DNA of 64,000 nucleotides, from the NCBI RefSeq assembly GCF_018977255.1, contig NW_024704743.1, positions 67,022,001-67,086,000 of the forward strand. Reading direction: 5' to 3'. The notes beneath the pieces are model-generated. The model made no database searches. It worked only from the letters and a program-made list of their open reading frames with translations, and was not told where the DNA came from. The translations under genes were made by a program, and so were the position numbers. Origin of the DNA: Callorhinchus milii (taxonomy: Eukaryota). Shown in pieces: positions 1-64,000 of this stretch (position 1 is the stretch's first letter; each line of letters starts with the position of its first letter).

Positions 1-255
1 CATTAGCAGTCGGGCCTTCAGCTTCTCTGCCCCCAGCCTTTGGAACTGCATCCCACATTCCCTTCGCCTCACTCTCCATCGCCTTCTTCAAGACATGTCT
101 CAATACACTCCTCTTCGACCGTGCCTTCGGCTGCCCTCCACCTTCCCTGATCCCAACCCCCCCCCGTATTTGGGTCAAAATTTCTGACAAATCCCAGTGC
201 CTTGGGACGTCCTCCTGACATGAAAGACGCTATACAAATGTAATTTGGTATTGTA
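1..255 (+). mobile_element. L2 LINE 3' end
   Basis: cgggccttcagc..ccttgggacgtcctcctgacatgaaagacgctatacaaatg tail. Confidence 0.85.
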
Positions 256-1197
256 TTTTAATGTGGTTTTCAAATCTATCGTGAGTTAAAGAGCCATATT
301 GTCAAAACTAGATTTTTGTAGCAAAAGCTGTCCTGTGAGAAACAGAAGCTGGAATCTATTAGAATAATATTTTTTAAAGCTATGGTATTATGATACTTGA
401 CCTTATTTATAGATGAACATTGTTTGGTTCAAATCTTATTGTTAATAAAATCACAGTTCAAATGCTTGAGCCTCAGCAGGTGTTATATTGTTTCCAGCAT
501 AAAATTTCAAATCCACAGAAATGAACTACAGTTGGAAGCCATTCTGCCGATTATTTTGTATTGGCGTCTGCGCACCTATCCCAATTCCCTGCTTTCTCCA
601 TACCCTCTATAACTCTTCCTATTCATGTGCTTGTCTAATTTTAAATGCCACAATAAACTGCTTTAATAGCCAGATATCTATATAGATTTACATAGATTGT
701 ACAGCATGGAAATGGCCTTTCTGCCCCACTAGTCAGTGTTTATACTCCACATAAGTCTCACTCCCTTCCATATCCTGCTATTCCCTCTCCCTCATCTGTA
801 CATCTAGTTTAATTTTAAATGCATTTATACCATCTGATTCAACCACTGTTTCGGGAAGTGAGATTCACCTAAGGTTTCTTTTAGAATTCCTAGTCTATAT
901 AATGATATATAGATATCTAAAAAGGAGTAATTTATAGGGTTTTGGGGGAAAGATCGATAACTCTTTCAAAGACCCAACTCAGAGACATTGGACAGATTTC
1001 TGTGTTTGTGGCTCTGGCAAACCAATCTGCACCTTGACAACCCTCCTCCTTTTCTCATTTTCCTATATTTTTGATGCTTTTTTCCACCTTTTTATTAATA
1101 GAAAAACCTTTCCCCCAGTTTTCTGTTCTCTTGTCTTTGTACATAAGCAATCGGGAGTGGTTAGAACAAATAATTTTTAAAGTTTGTATCTTTCTAG

Positions 1198-28480
<27,283 letters not shown>

Positions 28481-28540
28481 ATTTCAAACTGCCTCAGATG
28501 AAAGCCAATGGCAGCTGGTTTTGTATTTCAGGATTTCTAT

Positions 28541-28548
28541 GTACTGTA
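28541..28548 (+). promoter_or_regulatory. miR-101 8mer seed site in the EZH2 3' UTR
   Basis: GTACTGTA, with a second TACTGT core at 28592-28597. Confidence 0.7.
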
Positions 28549-28720
28549 TGGAGAAACGTATATTTGAAGCAATGCTGTTTTTTAAAAACAATACTGTGAC
28601 AATAATTTATAATATAACAAATTCCAATGACCTTTGTAACATTTTTAAAAGCTGCCAGGTTTTTTTATATTGTGCATTGGCTATACACTAGTGTGGTGAT
28701 CTGTCAGTGGAAATATAACA

Positions 28721-28733
28721 AATAAAACTTGAA
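28721..28733 (+). terminator. EZH2 polyadenylation signal with adjacent miR-26 seed match
   Basis: AATAAA at 28721-28726, about 240 nt after the stop. ACTTGAA at 28727-28733. GT-rich sequence downstream. Confidence 0.75.
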
Positions 28734-30321
28734 TTTTAAAATGTGTTGACTAAATTGTGAAGATGCTTTACTCAAATTGATCTTGAGAGCTGGTTCTGGA
28801 AGCATGAGATCAAATGAGTGCAGAGCCTTCATCAGGACCTCTGAAGTATTGAATGTCTGGGTTTAAAATGAGTGATGGGAGGAATACATGTATGTCTGAA
28901 CAGTATCATCAGAGTCTAATTTCAGCACTCGCTATTTTACATGTCCAAGGTATTTGCCCCATTTGTTTTGTAACAATACAAACCTTACATTTTTATAGCA
29001 CCTTTCAAGGTGGGAAGAAATCAATACAAGTAAAATTTGCACCTGGAGTGGGGACATGAAGTGCCTGGTGAGCAGAGAGTGGGGTAAAACTGCATTTATA
29101 TAGTGTCCTTCATGCCAGACCATGTTGTGGCATTGCTTAAAACTCAATCCTCTAGGGGAATGAGGGTGGTAAGACTGGTTTGTTAGTTTAAAATACTACT
29201 TGCATTTGATATAGCACCTTATCACATCTTTGAGGCATCTCAACACTTCAAAGAATACACTAAAGTGAATTGATTGTACCTTGTGGGTAAAACACAGCAG
29301 CGTCCCGCAGACAGTTGTGGACTGAGTGTCCCAATATTTTTGAAGGAATTATTGACCCCCAGAAAAGCAATCTGACAACTCCTATTTATTGCTAGGTAAA
29401 CCAGGATGTGGAGTAAGGAAACTCACCCAACATTTCAACATTTGCTCTAAAGTGTGGAGACTATTTAATAGGTAACCACAGCAATAATTGTACAATCAAT
29501 TTTATTTGGTAAACTGTTAGCTAGGCCATTGATAGAAACTGAATAGTGCATTGGGATCTTTAACTTCCACCTGAACAGACAGAACCTGTTTAATGTTTCG
29601 TTAGAAAGACAAAACCTCTATCAATGCAGCAGACATTGTCCAAGGTATTTGCCCCATTTAGGGCTTTGGGACATCGTCCCAATGTGAAAGGCACTAAATT
29701 GTATTCACTCTTGATTCAAAGTCATGATGTGGGGTTTGAACCAACAACCTTCAGACTGAGAAAATAGTCGTTTCAATTGAGCGAGACTCATACCTAAGTT
29801 TACATACATTAATGTTAGACACCAATTGTTCTTCACAATGAACAGCCTCAACTATGAAGCTAGTTCAAGAATGAGGAAAATCATACAAACTCCTGGTAAA
29901 CATTGTACAAAAAGATTTGAAAGAAAAATTGCAAGGCTTCTATATGATCACTCCCTGCATTTAATCTTTTGCATCTACTTATATAGATAAAACTAGCTTG
30001 AGCATCTATACTCCAGCAACTGTTTGGTTACAAAGTCAAATTACAACAGCTTGCATTTATACAGCATCCTTCATGCATGATCAGCATCTCAGAGCACTGC
30101 CCAAGGACAGAGTTGAACACTGAGAAGGGGGAGGGAATAGATGACTGATTAGACTGATGCATATAAAAAGTTTGCACACTATAAACATTGATTAGTTTTT
30201 TTATATGGATCAACAACAGACAACCATATTCTATAAAAATGTTTGTGAATACACTTCTGGTTTGGGCTATTTCTTTAAAACCATAAAATTAAATCACACC
30301 ATTTACAGAAATCATTAAATT

Positions 30322-30327
30322 TTTATT
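30322..30327 (-). terminator. Probable CUL1 polyadenylation signal
   Basis: AATAAA on the minus strand about 535 nt after the stop. Other AATAAA hexamers at 30589-30594 and 30838-30843. Confidence 0.55.
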
Positions 30328-30861
30328 TATCACACATTAAAAAATGAACCACACTATACAAATGGTTTTTCTCTTAGCAGATAACAATGCAGATTACACA
30401 TTTTCTACGGGCCAGTTCAGACTTACTAGTACGCTTTTGGAAAGTGCTGCCAACATTGCATTCATAAATTAGTTTTCCTGCTGCTCCTTACGTTCAGAGC
30501 AGTCGCGGCCATGTATAGTTGAAGTAAGGTTTTTAAATGCAGATAGGCAGTAGCATGCAACCCCTATGTAGAAGGTTCAATTCCTTATTTTATTGAATTA
30601 AGGTTAGGGGTTTCTTTCGCTATTTACACATTGAAATGTAGCAATCCTGAGAACAGTTCTGTAAAGTAAAGGTTGTGACTGGCTGGTGGTTTCCGCTCTC
30701 ACAGTTTAAAGGGAGGTCCAGCGGGCAGCAGACTGGCTGCGATGAGTTCGAGAATGTAATCGTGTACATTCCCATCTTTATCACAAAACTAACAGCATTC
30801 TCTGTATTCAGAGCCAATATGTCTTAGGAATGAAGTTTTTATTCAGACACTTGTATAATAT

Positions 30862-63019
<32,158 letters not shown>

Positions 63020-63040
63020 CTGCAGTACAAGTTAAGGGCA
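63020..63040 (-). promoter_or_regulatory. U12-type (minor spliceosome) branch point and 3' splice site of CUL1 intron 2
   Basis: Minus strand tgcCCTTAACttgtactgcag|exon 3, with no strong polypyrimidine tract. Confidence 0.75.
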
Positions 63041-64000
63041 TTACAATAAGAATGTAGCCTCAATATATATATATATATATAAACTCGTGTACAGTGCTTA
63101 GGCCATTTAAATGTTACATTATATACATTTAATATTTCAATGAAATAAGTCATAACACAAAGAATTTTGATGTGAGCAGCAAACTACAATTCTGCTTACC
63201 AATCATATCCATCAGTAATGCATTAGAGTCGGGGCAATTTTGTAAAGGCAGTGAACCAACAGGTTAAAAGGTTGAATTAGAATAGCTAACAAAGCTCTCT
63301 ACAAAAGTTGGGAAAGTTGCCTCTTAATAAAGCATACCATTAGCATTCACTCAGTGTATAAAATGGTTGATTATTAATGCGTCATGCAACAATCATCATG
63401 TTATAGACTAATTGGTCAAGATACACAAGCTGGTAACAAGCCAATAAATGATAATTAGGTACAAGATCTTTTGAAGCAGGACAGGGTGAAATACTTTAAA
63501 AGAAAACACTTGTACTGGAGCACATGTGTATATCCAGATATAATTATGTGTATATAATATATAACAGTATATGCACACACATACAGATCAGGATTTCTCT
63601 TCCAAAACTATTTTACTGCAGCACTAGGCCATTTTTGTGACACTGAATAGAGTTCCTGTTGCCCTTATTAATACGTTTCTACAATACAGTACTAAATTAA
63701 CATAATAAATAATTTAAAGATAAAACATTCAAACCCAACCAGCTATTCAATTAAACTAAGAACAGACTTTAAGTATGCCTACAGAAATGGATAGCAGAGA
63801 TTGAAAGCAACACCTAACACCTATAATTTGAAAGCAAAAGTAAAGTACAGGCATATTGTCTTTCACGCACCTTGAGATGGGAGTACTTCTAGTCAATGAC
63901 CCTCCCCAATAAGGCACAGACTCCAATCAATTGCCTGCCATCGACGACGATGGTCTTGAGGTTTGTTTTTGGGTTTATAAGAGGATAATCACAGAAGGAT

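Overview
Vertebrate genomic DNA, probably a cartilaginous fish (chimaera/elephant-shark-like, inferred from the repeat content and protein divergence). Two convergent multi-exon genes fill the window. EZH2 is on the + strand: coding exons 3-20 (human numbering), 1198-28480, with the start exon upstream of the window. CUL1 is on the - strand: coding exons 3-22, 63019-30862, with the start exon beyond the window end. All exon boundaries were read from the sequence, are GT-AG and are phase-consistent. The introns are packed with a tRNA-headed DeuSINE with an L2-type tail, L2 and CR1 LINE fragments, one Penelope-like element and unclassified repeats. Almost all ORF-track entries are exon fragments, LINE remnants or noise. 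Main extra observations: (1) decayed multi-Ig-domain (CD2/SLAM/CEACAM-like) coding remnants on the antisense strand of CUL1 introns 12-14; (2) a degenerate Zic zinc-finger-3 fragment with its own splice donor in the last EZH2 intron; (3) a candidate poison exon in EZH2 intron 9; (4) two minimal hammerhead ribozyme motifs from Penelope termini; (5) a U12-type branch point before CUL1 exon 3; (6) miR-101/miR-26 seed sites in the EZH2 3' UTR. Comparisons with human proteins are from memory; no database search was run. Repeat boundaries are approximate.
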